NCBI RefSeq assembly: GCF_018977255.1
Contig: NW_024704742.1
Coordinates: 105,526,001-105,590,000, forward strand
Length of the DNA: 64,000 nucleotides
Source: Callorhinchus milii
Taxonomy: Eukaryota
Direction of reading: 5' to 3'
In this document: positions 12,513 through 27,143 of the stretch, piece by piece
How the letters are laid out: every line of letters starts with the position of its first letter
Position numbering within the stretch: the first letter of the stretch is position 1
The notes under the pieces: model-generated
What the model saw: only the letters and a program-made list of their open reading frames with translations
What the model was told of the DNA's origin: nothing
Database searches by the model: none
Position numbers and translations under genes: made by a program

Positions 12513-12917
12513 CTGTCAGCCTGGCTCAGTGTGGCACTCTTGCCTCTGAGTCAGAAGGTTATCGGTTCAATCTTTTGAGCTCGAGGCTGATACTCCAGTG
12601 CAGTGCTAGTTGGAAGTTCTGATCTTCGGACGAGATGTTTAAATGAGGTCCCATCTGCTTGTTCAGGTGAACGTTAAAGATTCCATGGCACTATTTGAAA
12701 AGAGAAGAGTTTCTCCCTGTGTCCTGGCCATCAATCCCCCGAATAAAATTGGTCATTCAAGTCGTAAATGTTTGTGGTTCATTCCTGTGAGCAAATTGGC
12801 TACTGTGTTGCCTAAAAATAAGCAGTCACTACACCTTACAGTTAATATTGTGAAGCGCTTTGAGACATTTTGATGATATAAGACACAACATAAAATGCAA
12901 GGATTATTATTATTATT
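12513..12917 (+). mobile_element. Deu-domain SINE (family B; SacSINE1/AmnSINE1-like), full length
   Basis: tRNA-like head ctgtcagcctggctcagt...gcctctgagtcagaagg...ggttcaa. Central ttcaggtgaacgttaaagattccatggcactatttgaaaagagaagagtttctccctgtgtcctggcca resembles the recalled Deu domain. Same tail as family A. Confidence 0.8.
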
Positions 12918-13239
12918 GTAAACAAGCTTTCCAACAGAGGTCACTAAAGGAACACAAATCCCTGGCTACTACCATTCCTCCCTCTTTTCGGAAAACAGCA
13001 AAGTGCTAGTTTGATGTTCCTGATTCCTCCCCAGTTTCAAAATGGCTGCTTGCTGTTTCTGAAATTCTTCCATGAGTTGTATGCCCTGACCTTGATGATA
13101 CCATTATCATCCCCATGTAAGGATATCATGATCATCACCTTCTGCTTATTGTTAAGTCATTTTCAATCCAATTTGTGGCTAATTTGTTATTAATTCCACT
13201 TGAATTAACTCTCTACAACAGTCTTGCAAGTGGAATTTA

Positions 13240-13625
13240 TTGAAGTTCAATATCCTCAAGATCCTAATGTTTAAATCCCTCCCGGTCTTACCCCACCCTA
13301 CCTCTGCAACCTCCTCAAACCTGACAAACCCAGTCACTCCCTCCACTTGGGGGCTGCTTCGCGTCTCCCACCCCACCATCAGTGATCGGACTATCAGGTT
13401 ATCCACCCTCACACTGTCCCTAAGTCCCTTTGACTCACCCCTTCCTTCGCCTCCTTCAAGGTCCGCCTCAAGACTTTTCTCTTTAACCGTTCTTGCGGCC
13501 ATCTTCCCCACCTTGCACCCAGACCCTTGGCCCCCACCCCAGCTCGGGTGCAAACCTAAGACTGTCCAGCGTTTTGGGATGTCTTCTTGACATGAAAGGT
13601 GCTATAAATGTAAATTTGTATTGTA
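13240..13625 (+). mobile_element. L2 LINE 3' fragment
   Basis: FKILMFKSL-like peptide, ctccttcaaggtccgcctcaagac and tail gggatgtcttcttgacatgaaaggtgctataaatgtaaatttgtattg. Confidence 0.8.
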
Positions 13626-16600
13626 TGGTATCAGACACCTTACAACATTCATGTAAATTGTATCCACTGGGGAGCCCTCACCCCTAGTTAGTTTGGTTCC
13701 TCAAATAATTCTAGTAGAATTCAAATCTCTATCTGAACTATAATTTTACAGACAAGTGGCGGCAGAACGCCTTGGAAATGCTGGAGGGCAAAATACTTCA
13801 CTGATTAGTCTTTTCAGACTGCATTGAGAGAATAAAAGCGAAAGAGGGCAAGTACTTTTAACCCAGCTAAATTTAACTTTATTTACTAGAGCTCCATTTG
13901 CTTTCTTTAAAGTTTAGCTTCGAAGCATTTGCTAGCGACGGAAGCATGTTGCCTCCTGAATATTTGTCGTTCCTGATAAATAATCAGTCTGTCTACAAAA
14001 TATTACCATTCCACTTTACAGTGAGGTGCTTTGAGATGTGACAACGTGAAAGGCGCTATATGAAATATTAAGATTATCATTAAATAAAGGGTTTTGCTGT
14101 AGTCTGAGACGATAAGATTTATTTTGCTGTTTGTTGTTGCACACTAACTGCGGGGGATTGCTTTGTCTCTTCAGTGGAGGGAGAGGGGGTGTTGCTGTTT
14201 CACTGCTTGCAGTTTGCGATTGCAAATCACTGTTTTCACCATCAGATGCACTGGTACATTGGTCACGGACTCATTGCTAGCACTGAATTCTGCTGCAATT
14301 TTGCAGAATCTGAGGAGGCTGTGTGCTATAATGGGATATTTTTTCCCATCCCTAGCCCATGGATACTGAGGCCAACATTATCTCCTGGCAATGGCGCTCT
14401 GGTTTGAGATTAGCTTAACTCATCGCAGAGTAGGGATTACATTTAGGATATAATGTTTATAACAGCAACACAATACTACTAGCGGAATAGCCAAGTGGAA
14501 TCTGATCATTTAATAAGCGGGGATTAAACCGTTCTCTGAGGTCATGCTAGGTTCAGGTACAATGATGGACTCAGAGACCATTACATCCGTCAATCAATCC
14601 TGTGCAGTCAGAGGAAAGTGGGTGGAGGACAGGAATGCACAGCTACTGGATGGAGACCCTGAGCTGACCTGTGCCTGTGAAGCCGAAGCTGGAGGTAAAG
14701 CAGAAGCATTTCTCTGCTGCTTTCATGAAAATCGTTTCTCATTGTTAAACAGCTTGGCTACAATACATGGACCTTCATGTCACTGTTCTCTGCCGCTCAG
14801 ACAATGGGATGTGAACAGAGATGCCACCTAGTGATACTGATCCTTCGTAGCCCACAAACTCCTGCTCTACACCAGCTGTTATAATCGGAGCAAACAGTGA
14901 TAGCGAAGGAGGCTCGGAGCGAAAGAGATCTTTTAATCTGGAGAACCCTGAACAATAAGACAGTCAAAACCATATTCTCTGTTTTGCTACTGAGGAAGTG
15001 ACATTCCAAGTGTGCTGATCTCAAGCTGAGGTTGGATGCCATATCTGGCGACTCTGACTTCAGTTACAATCAATGAACTGATCAGACATGGCTGATCTCG
15101 GCGCAGTCATAACTAAAATGTTGGAGTATGCCAGGGGAGAGAAGTTGAAAATCGTTTGGATTAATTTCCACAATGAGCATTGTGCTAAAGTTGTTTCTCA
15201 TGGTTCCTGCGAGGAGAAAGGGGATGTCAGAAGGCTTCACATGCAGGAATGGCATAGGGTGTGTGCACAGCACAGCACCCTAGAACCATCGAAATTTACA
15301 GTGCTGAAGAAGGTCATTTGGCCCAACACTTCTGTGCTGGCTCTTTGAGAAAGTAATTCTTTCAGCTTCATCTACCTGCCTTTTCCTCAGACAAAACAAA
15401 GTACTGGTGGAAATTAAGCCTGTGGATCTACCAATGACACAGTGAAATAATTAAGCAGTGCACATCATGTTTTGTTAAACCTTTTGCAGACTTAGCGACA
15501 GATACTAAAATCCCAAAAAGTAATTCCTTGTGTGAATCATTTGAAGTATTTTCAAATGACCAGGGAGGGCAATATCAAATCCGTTCAACATTTTATTGAA
15601 TTCTGTCCGTCAATGAATTCTTATTTTTACTAGTCCCATTTTTCTTTGAAGAATGAATGTTACAGGAGGATTACACAACATAGCAGATGAGAAAGTCTTA
15701 GTTTTATGCATTGCCATTCATATTCCATCTCAGGTGTGCAGTGAGAGCCACTGTGGTTTTTACCACTGATTCAGTCTGTAGAAGGGCAATGAGAGTCTTA
15801 TCCTGCACAATTTCCTCAGATAAACTGTTCCTAGTAGCTTGAAAGCAAACTGCATTCATCCTCCAATGCCCTGTGTCGCAGAGCAGCAGGATGAGGTTGC
15901 AATCCGCCATTCACTACACAATGAGCCCCCAAACTCTGCATTGCTGGGACAGGCAGTGAAAGTCCAGCAGCTGTTGAGTGTCCACTCCTGCACATCCCAG
16001 AGAGTAATTCCATAGCAGCACCAGCAACATCCATCCAGCAGGTCGTTTCCAACTTTTATTGGGATTTTCGGACCTTTTCTCAGACAAGAAAGCAAATTGC
16101 CAATCACAATCACAAATCTTAAGTCACTATTACTTCTGTAATTTCCAGTTGGCAAATTCCTCATTTTAGATCCCAAAGAGTCAGTAAAGATAGAATCTAA
16201 TCGCACCAGGTGGCTGGTACAGGGTTCCCTTGCATTTCACTGCTGTGCTGTGCACTTGGCCTGGGTTAAATCACATGGGCAGTGTTTTAAGCGATTTTTA
16301 GAAGATAGGTTTGAAAAGAACACTTGTCTTGTGAAGTGCAGAGCAGTCAGTGTTAATCTATTTAACCTTTCCTGTGTTCTGGATTACATGACACGAAGCA
16401 GAATGAAATGTAAAGTTCCCCTGGCAAATGAATATTTCTTTCTTCGGTCAATGTTCACCCAATGAGACCTTGACCGTTCTGTTTACTTTTGTTTGATCCT
16501 AATTCAGATTCAGCTTCTGAAGATAACATTTCAATGCGCTCGTGCCAACATCAGAGCAAGGACGCGAGACCATCACTACAATAATAATGGGATATTGTGT

Positions 16601-17300
16601 TTAAAATGATGTCCTTGAATCCCTGTATTCTCAGTTTTAAAGTGTTTCTCTCCTGCGCTCCCCCCCACCCCTTTATTATTTTAAACAGAGTGAGAGGTTG
16701 TTTAAAGCCACAGAGACTTGTTTACTCTCACCAATTGCTGGGAGATGGGAACTGAAATGCCACCCGTAGAAGTTCAATTTATCAGAGGAATGGTTGGAGA
16801 TGTGACTTTATCGTGCTGTCTGTTCACTGTCTGAGATAGGGCACACAAAATAACGTTAATAGCATAACATAGACGTGCCGAGACCCAGCTCAAAAAATCA
16901 GTTAGTAAAGTGTCTCTTAGCGTTCAATTTGGTTTAAGCTCTGGGGTAATCTGAGACATGGATCCTGAAAGTGAAAGATGCTTCCCAGTGTCCGCCAGTT
17001 CTAATTAGCTTTCACTCGCTCATGAGTACATCGTAAACCATAACAAGGTCTCCAAGGATTGCTCTCTGGTCCTGGGAACAATGGTTGCATTTCCTCATTA
17101 ACTGCCTGCAGTTGTCACCAATGCCAAATCCTAGATTTATTATCACAAACTTGGCTATAAATTTATCTTCAAACCAGTGACAGCCCAACACTTCCATCTA
17201 TCTGAGTGCGGGATCTGTATGCATAACTGCTGGTTGATGACTGCATGATACAATGGTATTTTCACCTTGTGTTTCTGAAATGTGGTCAGCATGTTACTTG

Positions 17301-18005
17301 GTGTCAGCTTGGCTTAGTTGGTAGCACGCTCTCCTCTAGGCCAAATGATTGTGGATCCAAGACCCATTTGGATCCAGTCCAGTGTCTACACTGTTGGAGG
17401 TAGTGTTCTTCAGATGAATCATTGAAACCAAGACTCTGTCTGCCTGTTTGGCAGGTGGATGTTTACTGTTTGAAAAAAGAAAGAATTTTCTCCTGCTGTT
17501 CAGGCCAACAATTCTCCAGATTAATCAGCCATTTACTTCTGGTTGTTTATGGTACCTGTTGTCATATTTGCTGACAGCTGTCAGCCTGGCTCAGTTGGTA
17601 ATACTCTTGCCTCTGAGTTAGAAGGTTGTGGGTTCAAGCCCTACTTTGGGACTTTGAATTCTCAGAATCTCGGTTGACATTTCAGTGCAGTGCTGGGAGA
17701 GTGCTGCATTGTTGGAGATGCTGTTCTTCAGATTAGATATTAAACTGAGATTGTTCAGGTGGATGTAAAAAATCCCATGAGTATTCAAAAAGAAAAGCAA
17801 GTTCTTCCAGTGTCCTGGCTAACAATCTCCCCATCCCCAAAATTGGTCATTCACTTCATGGCTGTAGGACATTACTGTATACAATTGTGCTGCCGCATTT
17901 GTCTAGATATACACTGTCACTCAATCTCACAGAATATCCTGTGAAGAGCTTTGAGATGTCCTTCCGGTGTGATAAGGGGCTATATTGAATGCAAGGGTTA
18001 TTATT
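17301..18005 (+). mobile_element. Two tandem Deu-domain SINE family B copies (about 17301-17570 and 17578-18005)
   Basis: Two heads (gtgtcagcttggcttagttggtagc; ctgtcagcctggctcagttggta), each followed by a Deu-like core. The second copy has the tail. Confidence 0.78.
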
Positions 18006-18262
18006 GACAGTGTGCACATTCCCGTCATAAGGTGCAACCAGATCCATGTGCTGAACCTCCGCGATGAATAGACAACTGTACTGCTACCTCTTAAAATTAA
18101 CCAAATGAGTCCAAATGAGTCAAGAGGATCTAACTCTGTTGTTTGTTTCAGGGAGATATTGTGTTGAGAGTTCTTGTTTGCCTAACCATTTGAAAACCTG
18201 AAAACCATTTGACCCCAATTTTGTATTAATCTGTCCACGTCTTTTTGTTTTTGTTTTTACAG

Positions 18263-18339
18263 ATGTGTGGAATTCGTGGCTAAGGAAGGACAGAGCCTGA
18301 AGGAGCTATACCTGGTGTCCTGTAAGATCACTGATTACG
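18263..18339 (+). CDS. FBXL17: Internal coding exon (77 bp) of F-box/LRR-repeat protein 17
   Basis: Branch-like TTAAT at 18226-18230, pyrimidine tract ctttttgtttttgtttttac, AG at 18261-18262 and GT donor at 18340. The exon is 1 nt + 25 codons (CVEFVAKEGQSLKELYLVSCKITDY) + 1 nt. It closely matches the recalled human FBXL17 peptide RCVEVIAKEGQNLKELYLVSCKITDYA. Confidence 0.95.
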
Positions 18340-21300
18340 GTGTGTATTACTGCTGCTGTTTATCACTACTGCCTTCGGGATATGTCCATGTCTGCAAACT
18401 GGAGATTATAGGGACATTTATGTGCAGATACACTCTACAGGTTCACTGAGGCCCCTCCAAAGTAATCATAAAAAGCTGAGAAATGTTTTGCTGAAAAAGG
18501 ATTTTTAAAATCTTCAGAATATTCAGTCATTTTATGTTCCTTTAAGATTGTGAGGTAACCTGTAAAAACTTACCTAAAGCCGGGGTATTGAAGTATTCAG
18601 TGTGAGCTTCTAAATGATAGCAGTAGATTTTACAATCCGTTTTGAAACCTTTGTCCCAATTCAAGGAAAATGGAACATAGTTAATCCATTCAAAAACCTT
18701 TGCACTCTTTTAAAAACAACTTAACAAATACTTTTCCCATGTTTGCAGAGTAATCCCAGGAAGACAGAAAACTGCCAATCATTATTTTAAGTATAAGTTC
18801 AGCTCAATTTGGAAATTCAAGAGCAAATGCCACCCTTTGTAAAGGGCTGTGTATGATTTGTGAACCTTATTGCAATACAATAGTTTTGAGGCATTTTTCG
18901 AAAATGCTTTGTGGTGTGGTTGAAATGTTCAATCCATTTTTTTGTTTATATTGATACAAAACCCATTGATGAATATTGAACAATTACCTAGTTAGTTTGT
19001 GGTCATTACAGGTGCCATTACAAACCCTTCACAAACCCCTTTGCAAATGCCCATAAGATTAAAAAAAACACCCGCTATATTTGGTAATAGCAGGATACGT
19101 TTGGATTAGTGATGTGTCTCTCTACTGGATCTGTACACTGTAGATTATCTATTACCCTGGCTCTGGGGCAGTGGTGCTGAAATCCAGGTGGCGCATGTCT
19201 CAAGTTTCATTAATAATTTTGATACATTATTTGACTATGGTTAGTTAGAATGTGAGTTTATTAACACTTAAAAGGTTGCAGCTCACATTAATGTACATTT
19301 TCCTACTTCGCCTGTAACATTTTACATGTTTTGCTTTACCGCAGAAAGCTTTAAACTTTGATGCTTTCAAGCAATAAAGTTAAAGCTATAAACAGACCCA
19401 GTACTATAACTTCAAAGGATGAGTACAGTATACAAAAATATAGCTTTATGGCCTTTGGCTGCTCTTATGGGTTCTTCTCAATGACAGAGCTTTGATTTCT
19501 CCTAGTGCCACAATAAAGGCTTTGAGTTAATTCATAAACTGACCTTGCGGCAGAAGATAATAAATATAGTTAAATACATGTGGTAAGTAGCAGTTTGGTG
19601 CAATGAAACCTACACTGGCTGTGATTTTCTGTGTATAATTCTCAAGTATACTCCTTCAGGGCAAGGAAGAGGCCTGGAGAACTGCAGTACGCTCTTCATT
19701 GGTGACTCGGGGCTAAAACCCTTCAAAGCATTTACTATTTTTATTCTGTTGATCCCAAACTCTGTGCTGTTCCCCAGTGCTTACAGTGTCAGATTGGCCA
19801 GCTAGTGGTGGTGCCGGTGTTCCTCAGCAGTGAGAATATGTTTTCTGAATAGCCTACAATGTGTTGCAGGTTTATTATTGAGTTACCAAGGACATTTTAA
19901 CTTTATTTACTCGCAGAACTTCCAGAAATTGGTGTTATCAGTGGTTATTTTCTAATCTTGGCCTGACTCTTCCACATTATGTATGATGTGGAAGACATCA
20001 GTACTGCATTCAGATGTTGTACAAAAGACTGAGATTGGAGGTGTGATGCTAAAGTATTGGTACAAAACAACATTACAAATACTGTGATAAAATATGAAGA
20101 ATAAAGTAAAATACTGTTCGGATATTCCACTGTAGTGTTTCTGGAGACCAGAGGTTTACAACCTGCACGAGGCCTTGTTTTTCTCATTAACGTGGCAGAT
20201 TGTAGAAAATAATCCCACTCCACATCTCAGAACAGCATTGTCTGGGAGATGAAGCAGAGATGGAGGAGAGATTGTGCCAGTATTTGCTTTTTTCAGCAAT
20301 AGCATTGGTGCATGCGCAGTTACAATTCAAAAAAGCTTTCTCAGAGGTTTTCTTACAATACAATACATATTTACAATACATTTATATGATGCCTTTCACA
20401 TCAGGAGGAAATCCCAAAATGCTTGACACTTCTGTCTGGGTGCCTGAGCTGAGATGGGTGCTTTGGGGTTTGGGAGGGGAAAGATGACTGAAAGGCAGTC
20501 ACCAAGAGGTGTATCTTGAGACAAACCTTAAATTAATTTAAGATGAGCCTGCAGGTAACCTTAGCAAAATCCTCTCCTAAAGGCTAGAACGGCATTTAAT
20601 AATCCTTACATTTGATATAGCTCCTTTCACACAGAGAGCATGTCTCACAGGGCTTCACACAATATACAGTTAGGTGTGGTAACTGTGTGTTTTGTAGGTG
20701 AACACCTTACCTTTTTTTTATGCAGCAAGTACCGTTTCAGGAATTAACAACTCAATCCCTAATAATTTAGATGTGATCGGATAATCTCCGGCTACCTGTC
20801 AAATCTCTATCGGAAGACAGACGTATCATCAACTTGCCCTGAGCAAGATGCTCTTCCCCAGCTGATGGGACCACGGCCACTGATCTGTTACACTTTTCAA
20901 TTACCTACAATGTATCCACAGGGATAGAAGTGAAGCAAAGAGATGATTGAATTCTTTAGTCCATGCTGTATTACTTGCATAATCGCTCATTACTCCTTGG
21001 AGGAGGAGTGTGCTATTCTTTCAACACCAGAGCTGAATCACCTAGGTTATTTTTGAAACATTATTCTTTCGGCAAAAGAAATTTATCAATAGGAAAGCAT
21101 TTCCGATTGGAAAGGAAATGAATTGCTATTGCTATACAAGCCTTGTGAGGAAGCTTGCTTTGCTGCACCTAAGTTGTAGTGAGATGGTTTGTGTTTTTGA
21201 CATACTGTACAACAAATAAAACTAACTCTGTTCACAGGCACAGGCTGCATCCACGTAGTCCAAAAAGTACCAGTTGACATCTGGCGAGTGGTGCTATTTA

Positions 21301-24300
21301 ATGCATTTGTTGCAGACTTTGATCTGTGACAGCAGCCCACACAACTGACAGGAGATGCGTTGTAGCAAGTCAAGATCGTGCTCCATTTCACCCAAGGCAG
21401 AATGCTTTGTTATCAGGAGGTGCTCTAAACAGCAACCTTGCTAAGAGCTGATGAAAACCATCCTGTTGGTGGCAGGCAGATTTGAGTGACGAGCATCCTT
21501 GGGACTCACCCCCTCCTCCCTTTCTGCAAACAGGGGATTAATCATTCAGTGTGAATACTGACACTCTCTATACTGGAGGCACCAGAGGCTACCAAATTCC
21601 ACTTAGTCGTCGCCATTCTGTCTTAAAATTTAAGGTGCACAGAATTGTGAAAAATTTATCAATTCAATCTTAATGTGAAAGACTTTTTTTGTGAGCAATG
21701 CAGAAAAGTGGCTTTGCAGAAAAGTGAATACAAAATTGAGACAGAATAGCCTTGCTGGTTGAGATGTTGGGGGTCTGTGGTAATACCCAAAGGAGCCACG
21801 TGTACAGTTCGACTGAATTCAGCCTTGCTCTACAGGTTTAAACTCTCCCTGAATGGCCAGTTTTACACTCACTGTTCTGATTTTAAGCTTGTTCCCTTTG
21901 GGTATCCCCACAGACTATTCCAGATGGCTCAGTCTTTATATCCTAGTTTCTGCTTTATTACAAAGTCACTTACTAATGATCCCTGTCACAATGTCACTCT
22001 TCTTCATGTAGTAACTCTTCCCCCTACCCCCCATTTCTCATTTCTATGGTACAAAGTCCATTTTAAGGATTACGCTGATCACCAGTTGTTTATCATTATA
22101 AATAATACAAGATGGCTCTGAGCCTATTTGATGTCAACACCCCAATATTGACACACTTCCCTGCCTTAGCATCATTTCCTTAAGCCTCAATTGCACAGAA
22201 TAGGCCCATTCAGACTTTCCTGTTTTTTTGGTCCAACCATATGGTGTGGTCTTAAAAAGTCATTAGTCAATGTCCAGTCCAGTACCTGCCCATCTGCTGT
22301 TAATCTGAGGATGACAGCTGTTTTGAAAAATTTTGCAGCCATCTATTTGAGCCAGGTGGGTGCCAAGCAGAAGGCTGGCTCATGAAGACTGCATCTAAAG
22401 CAATATTGTGTTTTGAATGAATGCAATTGAGGCTTTTGGAATGTCCCCCTTATCCTTCTGTCAGCAGTTGCAGTCTAAAGAGAGAAGAGACAAGCATCCC
22501 ATTTAGCATTATCTTTTGCAGTTTGAAGTTTGTGAGCCATCTTAACAGGCTGCATTTGTTTTAGCAACAACTTGCATTTAGTTGTGTCTCGGGGCACTAA
22601 ACTTTATTAAACTTTCTCCAGAATAGTGACAATTATAATAATATTTGCATTTGATATAGCACCTTATGACATAGTTGACCTTAACAAGAACTTATTGTGA
22701 AGCGTAGTGACTGTATGTCTTTGGTCATCTTTTCACCTCCTCCTCAACTTTTTCAGCTTCTCCCCATCCAGCCCAGCCAGTTTTGGGAAGTGCTTTGAAA
22801 CATCCTACTGACGTTAAAAAAAAAAGCTATATAAATGTAAATTGTACTATTTGTTTGTAAGTGAACAAGGCAACCAATTTGCACACACCAATGCCACACA
22901 TTTTTATTTTTATCTTGTGGTATTATTGACTTTGGACACCAAGAGAAACTCTTTCTCTTTTCAAATAATGCCATGGACCCCAGTGTTTGGTGCCTGGAAG
23001 TCAGGTCTGTGAAACTACCCAGCTCAATCACAGTAAAGCCATCATAGCTCATCTGTTTCTCGGGTCCAGCTGGAGGGAAAGAAATACTTTCATTCTGACA
23101 GTGTGAGGCAAAATCCAGTGTAGATGAGAATTGGCTGGAGATTGGCAGCGGATGTTGACAGGCTTTTCCTGCAGAAATAATTCTTTCGTATCCAGACTTG
23201 GGAGAAAGTAGGATTTTCCTCAGCTTTAAGGAGATTGTGTGTCAAATGAATTACCTTGAAGTGAACACAAGTGACTGGCAGAGGGGATACCAATCATGCA
23301 CATAATTGTGTCACTGTCTTTCTGATTTTCCGGTCTAATTCTGTTATTTATTGATTCCCGCCAAATTCCAGTCTTCTTTTTGTGAAGAAAGATTTCGACC
23401 AAAAACCATTTTATTTTAACATTCATTTAAAAGATCTGTTTGAAAAGAGCCCACATGACTACTTTGTTTCTTAGGTTCTGATTGAAAGTGCGTTGTTTGG
23501 CTTTTGTCAGGATTTTTCAGCTCCTGCCTGGTTTTGTTTGGTTAGCACTGAATTGAAGTGGGAGGAGGATAAGGCAAAGTGGATATAATGAACACCTTGA
23601 AGCGCTGTAGATTTTACATTATTCCTGTTTTCTATTTAAACAAATTTAGCAACAACATTAAGAGATGTGTGCATTGCTCTTTAAGGTGCACTGTATTCCT
23701 CAGGAAGGTCCCATTTTTACGTTTCACAAAATGCAGTTGCTTTTTTTTAAAATGTGAAAATAAGGAATTGATTCACTAATCCAGTCAGTCTCACCTACCT
23801 CTAGGTCAGGTGGAGTGATCAGCACAGTGCTGAGTGCAGTATGTCTGTTACTGTACCACATGCTGTCTTGTGAACTAGAGCAGGCTGCAGACGATTGAAA
23901 CCACATAATCATTCAGCCCTTTCCTCCAGCCACAGAACTGTGGGTCTTGCTCAACTAATGAGCTTTTTTAATTATTGCATTACAAAAAAATTCTTCGGTG
24001 TCTCCTACTAAGGCCAGATTGAAGAGGTGAGGCTGGCCTCCTCTGTCAGCGCATGTTGTATAGGATTATATGTTTTTAGTTTGGGAGCCGAAAAGATGGG
24101 CCATGATGTCCAGCCCTATTTATTCCTGTATTTCTAGGAATGTATAGCCTAGCACTTGGCATTTCAGCACTTCTGAGTTTCACTTGCTAATGGGATTGCA
24201 AGGCTGCTACCTTCAGTTAATGAAACTGACTTTAGACTGTTATTCAAATATTGATGTACATCATAAACATAATAATATTCCTTGCATTTGATACAGTACC

Positions 24301-26959
24301 TTTCATATCAGGAGGATGTCTCAAATTGGCTCCCTTTTTTGTTTTTGTCTCTTTATTGTAGATTTTGTTAAGGCTGTTTAGCTACCTTCCTGAAGTGCAT
24401 TGCTGGTCTGTTACCGCAAGGCTTGAGGTTCCTTACTTTAATTCAACATCTCTTGATTTTAATCCTTTTTGGCTTCTCAGAGTATCTGACCAAGAAGGAG
24501 GGACAGGCAATCTGAGACTCAGACTTGTGCAGCCAACGAAATGTGCCTTCCAATGAGTGTGACCATGTCAATTTTCCCCTTGCTAACTTGGCACCCAACT
24601 ACAAAGACCTCCATCAGTGGCAGGTGGACTGCAGTGATGGACATGCTTGGAATTCAAGCTACAACCATTTGCTGGAGAGTGAGGCACTTGATGTGCTGTG
24701 TTATCAAGCAATGCAGACATGGATAAACCCCCTGCCCTCTCTGGGTTTGAAACACAGCGCTCGCCCCTTTAAATAGCGGTCTGTGTTGGAATCCAGGAGA
24801 GTGGATATGATTAGGTTTCTTCATGACCGCTGGCTAAACACAAATCCTTTTCCTCACCCTGGTTGCTGTTTACTAATCTCCAGCTCTTGATGATAACTTT
24901 GCAAACAGGCTGCTTGTGTACTGCTGAGAGCATGGGAGCCACCTTCCCAGGAGAGCAGCTGGCTTGTCTGGGGTATGTTACCTTCAGCAACGGAAGGAGA
25001 AAAGGTTTGTAGGAACTGAGGGGAGATGCTCGAGGAAGTAAGAAACTTAACATTAAGGGTAAGAACGAGTTCTGTAATATCAACTCTATCCCCAATGCGG
25101 CATTTAGAGAGCACAAAAGAAAGTAGAAATGTGGATCTTGATATTATAGTGTTATCTTAAAAGTGATAAAAATAGATGCAACAGAGAGAATGGAATAGAG
25201 AGGTAAGAGGTAGGGGTTTAGGCTCATGTGAAGTATAAATACCAGAATGGACTAGTTGGGCAGAATGCTCTATGTAATTCAATGTAAAACAAGAAAAAAA
25301 ATAAGTGGGGAAAATGAATAAGTAGAAATATTGTCTTCTGATGAGCACTGAATAAATAATACCAAGACGCTTTACAATACCGTACAATATAATAAATTGT
25401 AGCACCTTTCACATCAGGAGGGTGTTTTGAAGTGCTTGACGACACAGGCTGGGCACCCGAGTCAGGAGGAGGGGAAAGATAATCAAAAACGCAATCAAAG
25501 AGGGATGATTTGAGATGAGCCCTGAATGAGGGGTGGGAGCCTGTTGGAGGGAACTCAGGATGGAGTTCAAAGAGCTGAAAGTCCGCAGTTGTTTATGACA
25601 TTGGTGCTATTACACAGCAATAACCTGCTCGCAGTTTTTTTTAAATCATTGTAACAATCTGAAGTATTTAAGAAAGATTAAAACCAAGAGTTAGTCAGGA
25701 GATAGCTTCATGAATCTGTATGCACTGAGTGCATTGTTTTCAATTTCCACACTCCTCTGAGCTGATCATTCAGAATGCAGAGAAGTGCTCTGTGCTTCCA
25801 GTGCTTTTCGTTTAGGTGTAGCAAGGTCCTCTAGCTGGCATTTAAATTGTTTAAGAAACAATTGTCATGTTTCTCTGGAGGCTTGTGCTGCTGCTCTCAT
25901 CCTTGGTGCTTTAGCTGTGAAGGGCAAACATAGGCCAGAGGTAGATGTGCAAACAGCAGTTTGAGGCTCCTGAAACCTTTCCATTTCATTGTTCTTGGTC
26001 TTTGCTTGCCCAGGTACATTAGTCATGCTGCAGAATTAATTCTTTAAGCATCACACAAATGACTGGTGGTCGTAATTTGGTCCAAACCACTGCACTCTTT
26101 ACTGTGGCTATCCAGAAATTCTGATCTGTGGTGTAACCCTTAAATGTCTGGAAGTGATTCAAGCATCAATTGTATCCAAGCTCCTAGATTTTCGGTCCAT
26201 TGGTTAATCGGTCTTTCATGCTTGAACAGCCAGCCCATTACTTCTTGTGAAAGATAGTTTTGAATATCCCTAAAATATTAGAGTTTAAGTACAGTTGCAA
26301 TTTGAGAGATTTGATGGGCTGAATTAAGAATGTAATATTTTGTTTCACGTGAGAAAGCCCAATCCGAGGATGAATGGACCTTTTGAACCAAATGGCCCAA
26401 TTCATCATACTGATTTAGTTCTGGTCATCGCAACAGCTTCCCATCTGAAAAATGAAACGAAATGAGAGTTACGCTCTTCTGCCCCCTCTGCCACCCAGAT
26501 CCAGACCCAAACATCATCTTCAGTGGTGTTCTCCATGAAATCACCCACAAAGTACAGAGAGCCCACATCCCTTTGCAGTATATCCTGTGAAGCGCTTTGG
26601 GACATCTTAATTATGTGGTAAAGCATTATATCAAATGCAAGGATTGTTATTATTGTATTGTATCTGGGGCTGTGGCATTGGACTTCAAGTTCCAACTTTA
26701 AATTTTCAATTTAGTATTCCACTGTCCACCAGTCAAATGCTGTGGACCCATCTTCCGTTGAGACCGGTATTGGAGGTGGGCGCAGACTACATCCAACACC
26801 GCCAGCTATCCCTTTCCTAGCTTTTAGTCATTCATTAGCTATGTGAGACTGATACATGTTTAATTCGACCACTGCTCCTCCTGGCATTCCACCCCAGTGC
26901 CAAGCAGAGTGTTTTGGAGACCACTTTTTATGATATATAATTAAAGTATCATAAAAATT

Positions 26960-27143
26960 ATTCAAAATAATTTTAAAAATGTGGTCACTTAATCCACAAC
27001 GGTTTGTTCGACATTGCTGTGCGCAATTGGCTGCCACGTTTCTCCCACAAAATATACAGTCAATTCATTTTACACTATATTCTGTGAAGCGCTTTGAGAC
27101 GTGATAAGGCGCTATATCAATTGCAAGGATTATTGTTATTATT
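26960..27143 (+). mobile_element. SINE family A 3' half
   Basis: gacattgctgtgcgcaattggctgccacgtttctcccacaaaatatacagtcaattca... followed by the tail. Confidence 0.8.

Noticed and set aside
18267..18449. 60-aa ORF as a complete gene
   Set aside because: Only the part up to 18339 matches FBXL17. The rest is read-through past the splice donor, and the start codon is GTG.
18890..18910. Short palindrome gcatttttcgaaaatgc
   Set aside because: Short and AT-rich; expected by chance in 64 kb.
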